Below are positions 10,235-18,655 of a DNA stretch of 64,000 nucleotides, one piece after another. Both the position numbers and the translations under genes were made by a program. A model generated the notes under the pieces. The model searched no databases, was not told the origin of the DNA, and saw nothing but the letters and a program-made list of their open reading frames with translations. Source of the DNA: Candidatus Woesearchaeota archaeon (lineage in GTDB: Archaea; Nanobdellota; Nanobdellia; Pacearchaeales; GW2011-AR1); NCBI GenBank assembly GCA_964497435.1, contig CAZCCD010000002.1, positions 10,050-74,049 of the forward strand. The letters run 5' to 3'. Each line of letters starts with the position of its first letter. Within the stretch, counting starts at the first letter, position 1.

Positions 10235-10422
10235 TTAAAGAAGAGGTATTTATAAATTTATTCTTCTTGGGTTCTGTTAAATTAAAAGGTGATAAACACC
10301 TTCAAAACGAGGATTTACCGACGGTATTTGTGTGTTGTTAGTCATCTAAAAAAGAGGTGATTACTAAAACTCTAATTTTTAGGGTTTATAGATGCTAAAA
10401 TCATGAAATTTATCATCACCCG

Positions 10423-11001
10423 TTAGCTTAACGCAACCTCTTCTTGATATTCTCTATATTCTTTAGACTGCTGAATTCTATATATAATAAAGCCAATAAT
10501 TCCTATGATTATAGAAATTATACTCCCCCACAAAACAAAGCTATTTAATCTTCTAGGATTTGGGGGTTTTTCATTTATATCTAAGAATGTTTCATTAGGA
10601 TTTATTTGTTCATATAAGAGAATTATTTTCACATTGGCCCCAGATGTGACATTATTTGATAAGGTTATACCTAATAAAGTTATTTCTAAGTCATAATAAC
10701 CATCATTTTCGAAATCAAATTTCTTTGATTCAGAAACATTAAAGATAAAATTCTCGCCATTAATTCCAATAACAACAAAGCTTGAAGTCAAACCCGCAAG
10801 CTCAACAAAATATTCTTCTCCATTTAGTATAAATCTAAATCCATCATATAAGTTAAGGTCTTTAGAATATCCTAACTTAAGCTGCTCTCCACTAACATTA
10901 TGTGTAGCTCCAAAAGAACCAAAAGCTAGAAAAGTCTCATTAGCGTAAACATTTACAAAAAACAAAATCATTCCAATTATCAAAAAAATTTTATATATCA
11001 T
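10423..11001 (-). CDS. small secreted/anchored protein carrying the same C-terminal module as the large surface protein
   Basis: Signal peptide, then HNVSGEQLKLGYSKDLNLYDGFRFILNGEEYFVELAGLT...KKFDFENDGYYDLEITL...ANVKIIL aligns residue-by-residue with HDVSESQFNSGYSRDLNVNDKLRFTLNSEYHFVELTGVT...KKFEVTGDNFYDVAVTL...ANIKIIA of 6659..10234; C-terminal TM. Confidence 0.6.
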   Translation of the reverse strand: MIYKIFLIIGMILFFVNVYANETFLAFGSFGATHNVSGEQLKLGYSKDLNLYDGFRFILNGEEYFVELAGLTSSFVVIGINGENFIFNVSESKKFDFENDGYYDLEITLLGITLSNNVTSGANVKIILLYEQINPNETFLDINEKPPNPRRLNSFVLWGSIISIIIGIIGFIIYRIQQSKEYREYQEEVALS

Positions 11002-11080
11002 CTCTTTTAAAATATTAAGAAAATAATGTTTATAATACTTACCTGGAAAATTATATAAACAAAGTTCAACAAGTTAAAAA

Positions 11081-11527
11081 ATGGAAAGAACTCTTGTCTT
11101 GATAAAGCCTGATGCAATGGTAAAAAAACTAGCAGGGAATATTATTTCTGAATTGTATATCACTGGATTAAAAATGATAGGTTTAAAATTAGTAAATGTA
11201 AAAAGAGAGTTGGCAGAAAAACACTACAGAGAACATAAAAACAAGCCTTTTTTTGAAAAATTAGTCAACCATATAACAGGAAAATTTCACAATAATGAGA
11301 GTGTAATTGCAATAGTATATGAAGGTAAAAATGCCGTGAAAAAGATAAGAAATGCTGCTGGAGAAACCCATCCAGAAGAAGCTGATTTCAATTCTATTAG
11401 AGGAAAATATGGAAGAGTTCACACAAAAACAGATTGTTTTGAAAATGTGATTCATGCATCTGACTCTCCAGCAATTGCAGAAAAAGAAATAAAATTATGG
11501 TTTAAAGAAAGTGAGATGATAAAATAA
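11081..11527 (+). CDS. ndk: nucleoside diphosphate kinase
   Basis: ERTLVLIKPDA, YEGKNAVKKIR, NVIHASDS (active-site His) motifs. Confidence 0.9.
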   Translation: MERTLVLIKPDAMVKKLAGNIISELYITGLKMIGLKLVNVKRELAEKHYREHKNKPFFEKLVNHITGKFHNNESVIAIVYEGKNAVKKIRNAAGETHPEEADFNSIRGKYGRVHTKTDCFENVIHASDSPAIAEKEIKLWFKESEMIK

Positions 11528-11544
11528 AAATTTGAGATTGAAAT

Positions 11545-11859
11545 ATGAAACGTTATGAGATTATGGTTGTTGGAGGACCGACTATAATTGCTCTAAACTG
11601 GGTAGCCGGTTCCTACGTCTTTGTGATGTACCATGAAGAGATAGAGATAGAACATTTTAAAAAACTAAAAGATTCTGATTTAGTTATACTAACTGCACTA
11701 GAAAACGGAGAAATAACAGCAAAAAATCAATTAATGATGGTTAAAGAAATGTTTAGGGATTATGTTGGGAGAGATTATTTACCTCGGCCATGGAGTTTAA
11801 TTAATGTCCACGAAATTAATCATCCAAAAGAGATTAACTGGAACGATATTCTTGAATAA
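11545..11859 (+). CDS. hypothetical protein
   Basis: ORF co-directional 18 nt after ndk; no recognisable motif. Confidence 0.3.
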   Translation: MKRYEIMVVGGPTIIALNWVAGSYVFVMYHEEIEIEHFKKLKDSDLVILTALENGEITAKNQLMMVKEMFRDYVGRDYLPRPWSLINVHEINHPKEINWNDILE

Positions 11860-11860
11860 C

Positions 11861-12856
11861 TTAATCTCCCTTCCCTTCATCAACAACACCAGCATCAGTC
11901 ACGAAGAAGACACATTCATTATCTGGAAGATTTGGAGAGTCAATTAATTTCGCAACTCTCGAACCTTGCTTCCCTCTCCTTAAATACATTCTATAGGTTG
12001 AATTGTGTCCGACAATATTCCCACCAATAGCAGTAGTCGGATCTCCAAACATCTGTGCAGGGTTTGCCATTACTTGGTTAGTAACATAAACAGCAAGATT
12101 ATGTGTCTCTGCTAATTTCATTAGTTCGTGCATATATCTATTTAATTTCTGCTGTCTATCTGCTAATTGTCCTCTGCCTGTAAATTCTGCCCTAAAATGA
12201 GCAGTCAAAGAATCTATGATAATTAATTTAATTGGCTCTCCATTCTTTATCATTTCACTAACTTTCTCTAGTAATAAAATTTGGTGGTCTGAATTATAAG
12301 CACGGGCCACTAAAATATTTTTTAAGACTTTTTCAGGATTTGCTCCAAGACTTTCTGCTATTTGTTTTATTCTTGAAGGTCTAAAAGTACCTTCTGAATC
12401 AATAAAAACAGCCTTCCCATTTGCACCTCCTTGTTCAGGAGGTAGTTGAACGTTTACAGCCAAAGACAAACCCAGCTGTGTTTTCCCGCTACCATAAGCT
12501 CCGAATGCTTCTGTTATAGCCCTGCTTTCAATACCTCTCCCCCCAAGAAGTTCATTAAGATTTTTACTTCCTGTTGTTATATGATGGATATTTTTACGCC
12601 TCTCTGCAAATTCTGTCCCCTCTATAAAGCCCAGGTCTAACATTTCTCTTGCTGCCTGAATAGCTTTTCTTGCCACAGCAGAACTAACTCCAGCAGTATC
12701 AGCAAGAGTCGAAGGACTCATGACAGCTAAAGACATTAAATCAAAAACTCCTGCACCCTCAAGTTTAGCAGCAACAGCGGGCCCTATTCCTGGAAGATCT
12801 GTAAGGCCATGTTCTCTAGATTCTTTTTCCTTGCCTTCATCTTCTTTTTTAACCAT
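11861..12856 (-). CDS. radA: DNA repair and recombination protein RadA
   Basis: N-terminal HhH (LTDLPGIGPAVAAKL), Walker A GAYGSGKTQL, Walker B LIIIDSLTAHFR, RecA/Rad51 core. Confidence 0.9.
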   Translation of the reverse strand: MVKKEDEGKEKESREHGLTDLPGIGPAVAAKLEGAGVFDLMSLAVMSPSTLADTAGVSSAVARKAIQAAREMLDLGFIEGTEFAERRKNIHHITTGSKNLNELLGGRGIESRAITEAFGAYGSGKTQLGLSLAVNVQLPPEQGGANGKAVFIDSEGTFRPSRIKQIAESLGANPEKVLKNILVARAYNSDHQILLLEKVSEMIKNGEPIKLIIIDSLTAHFRAEFTGRGQLADRQQKLNRYMHELMKLAETHNLAVYVTNQVMANPAQMFGDPTTAIGGNIVGHNSTYRMYLRRGKQGSRVAKLIDSPNLPDNECVFFVTDAGVVDEGKGD

Positions 12857-12934
12857 TTTAAGTTTCTTTTTAAAATTTTACCATAAAAATTAAACATACT
12901 GAATTTAAAAGGATTTATGCAACGCTATATATAT

Positions 12935-13321
12935 TTAATCCCCTATCTCAAAAATAACAACTGCAGCAGAGTATTTTTTCTCGTGAGAAATACTAACTGA
13001 CATGCTTCTAACTTTAAGTTTATCAACGATTTCCTTGCTTCTTCCATGTAGGATAAGATAAGGTTTTCCAGATTCTTCATGTCTTGTCTCTATATCAATA
13101 AACCTAACTCCTTGCTTATTTCCAGTCCCTAAAGCCTTCATTATTGCTTCTTTAGCAGCCCAATATCCTGAATATCTTTGAAATCTCGCTCTTCCATTAC
13201 CATGCTCACATATTTCAATTTCATAATCTGTATAATTTCTTTTAGTAAATCTATCACCAAATTTGTTAATCAATCTTTCTATTCTTTCATTATCTACAAA
13301 TTCTAACCCAGGTTTTATCAT
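12935..13321 (-). CDS. acpS: holo-[acyl-carrier-protein] synthase (4'-phosphopantetheinyl transferase, AcpS type)
   Basis: Aligns over its full length to B. subtilis AcpS: ...WAAKEAIMKALGTG...FIDIETRHEESGKPYLIL...SVSISHEKKYSAAVVIFE. Confidence 0.65.
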   Translation of the reverse strand: MIKPGLEFVDNERIERLINKFGDRFTKRNYTDYEIEICEHGNGRARFQRYSGYWAAKEAIMKALGTGNKQGVRFIDIETRHEESGKPYLILHGRSKEIVDKLKVRSMSVSISHEKKYSAAVVIFEIGD

Positions 13322-13327
13322 CTTAAA

Positions 13328-13816
13328 TTAAAATAAACCAGAAGCTCTCTCAATTAGTAAAAAAACATCAGCAATAATTAATCCTACGAAAATCCCTCTT
13401 TCTAACATGCTTCCTGTCTTAATTTTCCCTGCTGATTTCTTTTTTAAAGGATAAAAAGGAATTATTCCTTGAATTGTAAAACTGTCTGCAAGCAAATGCA
13501 ACCCATACCCAAGAAAAAATCCAAAAGCAGCAACAGGAAATATTAAAACTAAAATAACTGTCAAGGAAATCAAAAACGTAAAAGTGTGAATCATTCCTCT
13601 ATGTTTTGTAAAAAAATTCAAAATCCTTACAATTGGCTTCTTGCCTATTGAAGAAAACCTTGAATCCATGTCAGGCAAAAAAGTCGCGATTAAAGCAACA
13701 GCAGAAAAAACTACCTTATTCTCCACAGCAGGGATAAACAATAAAATAAAAAATATTGTTATGGCTAGGTGTGTTTTTATGAGCATTTTATTATAAATAA
13801 TTCTCAAAATCTTCAA
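13328..13816 (-). CDS. membrane-bound metal-dependent hydrolase, YdjM/DUF457 family
   Basis: Polytopic; THLAIT...PDMDSR...HRGMIHT...HLLADSF His/Asp pattern typical of DUF457; start may be the internal Met 10 codons in. Confidence 0.5.
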   Translation of the reverse strand: MKILRIIYNKMLIKTHLAITIFFILLFIPAVENKVVFSAVALIATFLPDMDSRFSSIGKKPIVRILNFFTKHRGMIHTFTFLISLTVILVLIFPVAAFGFFLGYGLHLLADSFTIQGIIPFYPLKKKSAGKIKTGSMLERGIFVGLIIADVFLLIERASGLF

Positions 13817-13952
13817 CAGGAATTTTAGCTAATTTTAGAACACTTTTAAGAGTTCCAATTTTCAATTGTTTATGCATGGGCACAACAGTGCCAACCTTTA
13901 CACCTGAAATATTTTTAGAAAGTCTAATATGACTTCCAGACCTCCCACTTAC
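13794..13952 (-). pseudogene. hicA: hicA toxin remnant (HicA/YcfA domain disrupted by stop codon and +1 frameshift)
   Basis: Immediately after the hicB TAA stop the same frame reads VSGRSGSHIRL; the +1 frame continues SKNISGVKVGTVVPMHKQLKIGTLKSVLKLAKIPVEDFENYL = HicA consensus (KGSHrif..p.g...tVP.H.gkdl..GTLksILKqAgl..eeF). Coordinates approximate. Confidence 0.55.
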
Positions 13953-14192
13953 TTATGCCCTGAGACTTTTCTCAATTTTGGCATGCTTTAACACCTCAAA
14001 CAATGTGATAATAGGTTTTGTGTTATCTACAGAAACCGGAAATTCTTCTAAATACAATTCAGTGGCCTCTTTTAAATTTGCAACAGCTTCTTCTACTGTC
14101 TTTCCTTGACTAACTGTTCCTATCTCAGGACACTCTGCTATAAACATATCTTCTTCCTTTCTAAGAACCGCACTAAATGTTTGTTTTTCCAT
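13953..14192 (-). CDS. hicB: HicB-like antitoxin (UPF0150 domain) with C-terminal tail encoding the first helix of HicA
   Basis: FSAVLRKEEDMFIAECPEIGTVSQGKTVEEAVANLKEATELYLEE = HicB/UPF0150 signature; tail LFEVLKHAKIEKSLRA resembles the HicA N-terminal helix. Confidence 0.65.
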   Translation of the reverse strand: MEKQTFSAVLRKEEDMFIAECPEIGTVSQGKTVEEAVANLKEATELYLEEFPVSVDNTKPIITLFEVLKHAKIEKSLRA

Positions 14193-14282
14193 GATTAAAA
14201 AATAAGAAAGAAGTATTTAAATATTATGTGTTACTTTTTCCTAACTAAAAAATCTTCTTAAGCCAATTAATAAATTTTTTTA

Positions 14283-15236
14283 TTAAACTTTCTCTTTTTC
14301 AAGCCTTTCTATAACCTCATCAACATCAACTTCCTTAACTTCATCTAATATTAATTCTAAATTGTTAAAAAATTTGTTAGTTCTCACATTTCCTATAAAA
14401 ACCATTTCCTTACCAAGCAAAGAACTTCTCTGAGAAATTAGTTCATCAGGATCGTCTAAAGCTGTTATTCCTAAACCATTAAGAGTGTTGCTAAATGCCA
14501 CTGCCCTAATGCTTTCTGTCCCATCATCAATAACAAAATTTATCAAAGCTTTTTTTTCAGAAGCAACTTTTCCATGTTCAGAACATACAAACCCTTCTGC
14601 TCCAGAAACAACTTTTTTCCCGCATTCAGAACAAACATGAAAAAATCTAGGCTCAAAAGTCTGAACAATAAATGCCCTTGTCCTTGCTACGTCAGAAACT
14701 CTAAAATCAAAAATTTTTTTCTCTCTAATAACTCTTTCAGTAATGACTCTAGAAAAATCCTCGTTGCTAATTTTTAATTCTGAAAAACTTCCAAGATGTA
14801 TTTCATTATCTCTTACAGAGCCATTTTTAATTTCAATAACGCTTCCTTCTTTTAAATCCTCATTTTCAAGAAGAGAAATATGATTAGTATCCCACAAAAC
14901 AACCTTAATATTAGAAGTATCATCAGCAACAACAAAGTTTGCGACTTTTGATTCTTCTCCTTTTCTATTCACATAATTTCTAACTATAGGCTTGTTTATT
15001 ATTTTTCCAATAACATTAGCATTCCTCATTCCAGACAACAATTCCTCAATCTTAAGTTTTTCCTTTTCAAAAGAAATTCCTAACTCAGAGGCAACAACCT
15101 GGGCAGCTCCTTCTTTAGTTATTAATCCAGAAAGTCTTGAAATCTTAGCCTCAACTCTCCTTTCTATCTCGCTAATATCTAATCCAGAAGTTTTTGATAT
15201 TCTCTCTACTATCTTATCGTAATTTTTGTCTGTCAT
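14283..15236 (-). CDS. rpa: replication protein A (ssDNA-binding protein, OB fold plus C4 zinc ribbon)
   Basis: OB-fold region (VANFVVADDTSNIKVVLWD), zinc ribbon CSECGKK...CSEHGK, C-terminal OB; archaeal RPA architecture. Confidence 0.7.
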   Translation of the reverse strand: MTDKNYDKIVERISKTSGLDISEIERRVEAKISRLSGLITKEGAAQVVASELGISFEKEKLKIEELLSGMRNANVIGKIINKPIVRNYVNRKGEESKVANFVVADDTSNIKVVLWDTNHISLLENEDLKEGSVIEIKNGSVRDNEIHLGSFSELKISNEDFSRVITERVIREKKIFDFRVSDVARTRAFIVQTFEPRFFHVCSECGKKVVSGAEGFVCSEHGKVASEKKALINFVIDDGTESIRAVAFSNTLNGLGITALDDPDELISQRSSLLGKEMVFIGNVRTNKFFNNLELILDEVKEVDVDEVIERLEKEKV

Positions 15237-15331
15237 TTTATTAAATATAAAACCAATTTTTAAAAACTTAGATGAGAAAAAACCCTTATTTATAAGTATT
15301 ATTGTTAATTAAAGAATAATCCATAATGTCT

Positions 15332-15640
15332 CTAAGATTTAGGGGAAAATACAATAATCATCGCAATAAAAGAAAAGATAAGGGCTAAAAAAGAAAATAA
15401 TAAAGTCCACCAAAACCACCTTAATTTCTTATATCTGTCTTTCTTAAAAATCACAAAATAATAAATTAACGCTCCTAAAATCCCGAGAAAAATATTTGCT
15501 AAAATCCAGACTATTTTATCACTACCATTTTTAAACTTTCTTGTTAAATTATCGATTAACATTAGTATCCAAAAAACAATTAATAAGGCAACAACTAGTA
15601 TAAGAGATATTATAAAAAAAGCTCCAAATGCTAATACCAT
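15332..15640 (-). CDS. small membrane protein with PLD nuclease N-terminal (PLDc_N) domain
   Basis: FWILMLIDNLTRKF...KIVWILANIFLGILGALIYYFV matches the PLDc_N/cardiolipin synthase N-terminal signature. Confidence 0.5.
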   Translation of the reverse strand: MVLAFGAFFIISLILVVALLIVFWILMLIDNLTRKFKNGSDKIVWILANIFLGILGALIYYFVIFKKDRYKKLRWFWWTLLFSFLALIFSFIAMIIVFSPKS

Positions 15641-15852
15641 AAAGCCAAAAAGATAAAGTAATTTATAAATTTATTGAGGAAATTGTCTCACTAACATTCT
15701 AGATTAAAGATAGATAATATAAACTTATCTTAATAAATCATTAAAATTTAAAGGCTTTTATTTATCTCTTTCTATAAATTAATAAATAAATCTACGAATC
15801 AGCAATTTGAAATAAAAGTAATATTTATAACAAATAAAATCATTATATTAAA

Positions 15853-16080
15853 ATGAAAACTAAAGATCTCTTATTAATAAAAACATCGAAAATTGTATTA
15901 TTTTTTATTTTGCCACTATCTCTTTTATTTCTCTCATTAAGCTTTCCTTCTTTAACAGGTTTCTCAATTAATTCTGAAATAAAATTAGTAAGCGGAAGTT
16001 TGCTTGCAATAGCAGTTGTATTTTTTATTTTCCTGCTTTTTCTAATACAAATCAGACCAAAACCTTATAAATCATATTAA
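15853..16080 (+). CDS. small hydrophobic protein, hypothetical
   Basis: Two predicted TM helices; ORF only. Confidence 0.25.
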   Translation: MKTKDLLLIKTSKIVLFFILPLSLLFLSLSFPSLTGFSINSEIKLVSGSLLAIAVVFFIFLLFLIQIRPKPYKSY

Positions 16081-16092
16081 TCAAATTCATTA

Positions 16093-16368
16093 ATGAATCA
16101 TGGTATAATTGGAGTTAAAATCAAGATAATGCCAGTCTCTCCGGAAGTTAACTTAAAGGAAATAGAAAAAAAAGTCAAAGAATTAATAGAAAAAAATAAC
16201 GGAATAAATAGAAAATATGAAATAGAGCCAGTTGCTTTTGGGTTAAGAGCCTTAATAGCTTTCTTTGAATGGCCAGAGGAAAAAGAACTCGAGCCTCTTG
16301 AAGAAAAAGTGAAAAAAATAAAAGATGTTTCTTCTATCCAAATAATTGACATGAGGAAAATTGCTTAA
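16093..16368 (+). CDS. translation elongation factor aEF-1 beta
   Basis: IKIMPVSPEVNLKEIEKKVKELI...EPVAFGLRALIAFF...IQIIDMRKI matches the aEF-1beta pattern (KVMPESPD...IAFGLKAL...VVDVRRL). Confidence 0.8.
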   Translation: MNHGIIGVKIKIMPVSPEVNLKEIEKKVKELIEKNNGINRKYEIEPVAFGLRALIAFFEWPEEKELEPLEEKVKKIKDVSSIQIIDMRKIA

Positions 16369-16395
16369 CCTTACAAAAAATTATCAAAATGTACT

Positions 16396-16875
16396 ATGGA
16401 AAGCATTGATAAGATTATTGGAAAAATAGATGAATTGCAATTATATGCAGAACAAAAAGCAAGAAAAATGGGATTAAGGAAAGATATTAAAGTAGGTTTT
16501 AATCCAAGAATGTGGCCGGATGGAAGCATAACTTTTCCTAACACCGACGAAGGAGCTTATTTGATACTACTAAAAAAACTTAAAGAGCCGATAGTTGACC
16601 ATGAATTAGGGCATGCATACGTTCATGAAAATTTTCCAAGATTAGAAAGATTTTTTGATAAAATATCAAAACCAGGACATATTTTAAGTGCATTAACATT
16701 TAGGGGTTCTACAGAAATTTATGTGGGTCTTATGCTCACTCTTTCTTTTCTAAGTTTATTTGATGGTTATAAGAATCTAGCTCTAATCTCAATACCCGGC
16801 TCCTCTATTCTTTTACCATATCTCACAGAAGAAGCAATAGCAGAGCATATTGGCAGAAAATATAAAAATAATTGA
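16396..16875 (+). CDS. hypothetical protein with HExxH motif (possible zinc metallopeptidase)
   Basis: DHELGHAYVH; otherwise unrecognised. Confidence 0.3.
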   Translation: MESIDKIIGKIDELQLYAEQKARKMGLRKDIKVGFNPRMWPDGSITFPNTDEGAYLILLKKLKEPIVDHELGHAYVHENFPRLERFFDKISKPGHILSALTFRGSTEIYVGLMLTLSFLSLFDGYKNLALISIPGSSILLPYLTEEAIAEHIGRKYKNN

Positions 16876-17498
16876 ATACTTCTAATAAAATGATTACAAA
16901 AAAACAAGCAGAACAAATAAAAAAACAGCTCCTTGAACAAATAGATAAGTCAGATATTCCAAACAAAGAAGAATTAAAATCTTCTATTGAATCAATGTCT
17001 CCTCAAGAACTTGAAGAATTTTTAAAGAAAAATAAATTAATAAAATCTCAAGGTGAATGCATTTTTTGTTCTATAATAGATAACAAAATTCCTTCATATA
17101 AGTTGGCTGAAAATAAAGAAGCCATTGCTGTGCTTGAAATAAATCCTATTTCAAAAGGACATACATTAATAATTCCAAAAACTCATTCAGATAAAGCATC
17201 AAAAAACTCTTACGATCTCGCAGAAGAGATGGCTTTAATAATATCTAAAGCATTTACTCTTTCTAGAGTTGACATAATTCCCTCAATTTTATTTGACCAT
17301 GAAATAATAAATGTCCTTCCTGTATACAAAGACGAGAGTCTTAATTCAAAAAGGAAAAAACATAGCGAAAAAGAGCTTGAAGAAATCCAAAACCAAATGC
17401 TTAAAGTTAAAGAAGAAAAACATCAAGAAAAACCAAAAGAAAAGAAAATCCATGTTTTTACAGACAAAGATACGTGGCTACCAAAAAGAATTCCATAA
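16872..17498 (+). CDS. HIT-family protein with degenerate histidine triad, Lys/Glu-rich C-terminal extension
   Basis: CIFCSII...LEINPISKGHTLIIPKTH is the HIT N-terminal half; triad position reads LFDHEIINVLP (only the central His retained). Confidence 0.55.
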   Translation: MNTSNKMITKKQAEQIKKQLLEQIDKSDIPNKEELKSSIESMSPQELEEFLKKNKLIKSQGECIFCSIIDNKIPSYKLAENKEAIAVLEINPISKGHTLIIPKTHSDKASKNSYDLAEEMALIISKAFTLSRVDIIPSILFDHEIINVLPVYKDESLNSKRKKHSEKELEEIQNQMLKVKEEKHQEKPKEKKIHVFTDKDTWLPKRIP

Positions 17499-18314
17499 TC
17501 CAGTATTCCATAAATAAAATAATATTAAAAGCGATATTAAAAAAACAGGGACAAAGACTATACCTTGTTTAATCTTAATTTTTTTGTATTTTTTCCTTAT
17601 TAGTTTTATCTCCTCACGATTAAGGCCTTCCCAGTTTGGCTTAATAATCTTTTTTCCAACCTTAACACTTTTATACAACCAATCTCCTTCTGTCAAAACA
17701 TTTGTTTTTGTTTCCCTAATCATACAAATACCATCGACAGTCCTAGCATAAATATAAAGATAAGGCATAATCAAAAGTATAAAACCAACTATGAGGAAAA
17801 TGCTCTCTAAAAAACCAAACAATATTATTAACAAACTAAATATCATAACAATGAATATTTTATTTTTTTCTTTTTTTAAATTTGTTTTAAATGCTTTATT
17901 AAATTCTTTATATTTTCTAAAACTCAAATAAATGGCAGTTATAATGCCATAAAATGATCCTATAAAAAGGAAAAGGAAAATAAAAATGACAAAGATTCTC
18001 AAATTATAAGAGAAAATATCTGTAAAAGGCAGAACACTTCCTAAAGCAATCATTAATTTTGCATCTCCTCCTGCAAATATCCTCGAATAATAAAAAATAT
18101 TTCCTATAGCAAAGAAAATTAGCAAGCCTATTAATCCCTGATAAAAAAATCCAAAATCATCATTAAAAAGACTGAAAAAAAACCTAAATCCTAATGCAAA
18201 AATCACTAAAGAAAAACTTATCCAATTCGGGATTTCCCTAGTTTTTATATCAGTAATGCTGGCAAAAACAATCCATATTAAAGCTAATAAAAAAAGTATT
18301 ATCACCTCTATCAT
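17478..18314 (-). CDS. archaeal prepilin/preflagellin peptidase (A24 family, PibD/FlaK/EppA-like)
   Basis: Polytopic; first Asp in ASITDIKTREIPNW, second in the FAGGDAKLMIALG (GGDxKL) motif. Confidence 0.7.
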   Translation of the reverse strand: MIEVIILFLLALIWIVFASITDIKTREIPNWISFSLVIFALGFRFFFSLFNDDFGFFYQGLIGLLIFFAIGNIFYYSRIFAGGDAKLMIALGSVLPFTDIFSYNLRIFVIFIFLFLFIGSFYGIITAIYLSFRKYKEFNKAFKTNLKKEKNKIFIVMIFSLLIILFGFLESIFLIVGFILLIMPYLYIYARTVDGICMIRETKTNVLTEGDWLYKSVKVGKKIIKPNWEGLNREEIKLIRKKYKKIKIKQGIVFVPVFLISLLILFYLWNTGLWNSFW

Positions 18315-18517
18315 GTTTTAAATAAAGAAAAAGTGTTTATAATTATTTTGCATAAAGGTTTCTTAATAAGTTAGGAATTCTTAAGTTTATTTAGATTAGT
18401 ATTAGTGATATAAAGAATTAATTATAGTGAGAAGTTTTCTATGTTAACAATTAAATAAATCTGCGAACAGAGTGAGACTAAATAATTTCTTGGGTTTTTA
18501 GTAAAAAATATCTTCAA

Positions 18518-18634
18518 TCACCTTCTAAAAACATCTAGACTTCGTTTTCCGCCGCCTTTTCTATAAGGATGTTTCTTCTTTTCCCTGAACTTACTCTTTT
18601 TCTTGTTTCTTTTTTCACTAAATCCATAATCCAT
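18518..18634 (-). CDS. candidate small basic protein (38 aa, Lys/Arg-rich)
   Basis: Hand-translated: MDYGFSEKRNKKKSKFREKKKHPYRKGGGKRSLDVFRR; below the 60-aa track threshold; coordinates approximate. Confidence 0.25.
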   Translation of the reverse strand: MDYGFSEKRNKKKSKFREKKKHPYRKGGGKRSLDVFRR

Positions 18635-18655
18635 ATTAATCAATTAAGCCTCTTT

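Noticed and set aside
9744-10238. 164-aa plus-strand ORF inside the large surface glycoprotein gene
   Set aside because: It is antisense to a 1191-aa gene with clear domain structure and has a hydrophobic low-complexity translation typical of shadow ORFs.
10235-10422. Intergenic segment with a ggtgataaa...tttatcatcacc inverted repeat, considered as a possible small RNA or tRNA
   Set aside because: It has no tRNA-like T-loop/D-loop words or acceptor-stem complementarity. It is more likely a bidirectional terminator or promoter spacer, so it is not reported as a feature.
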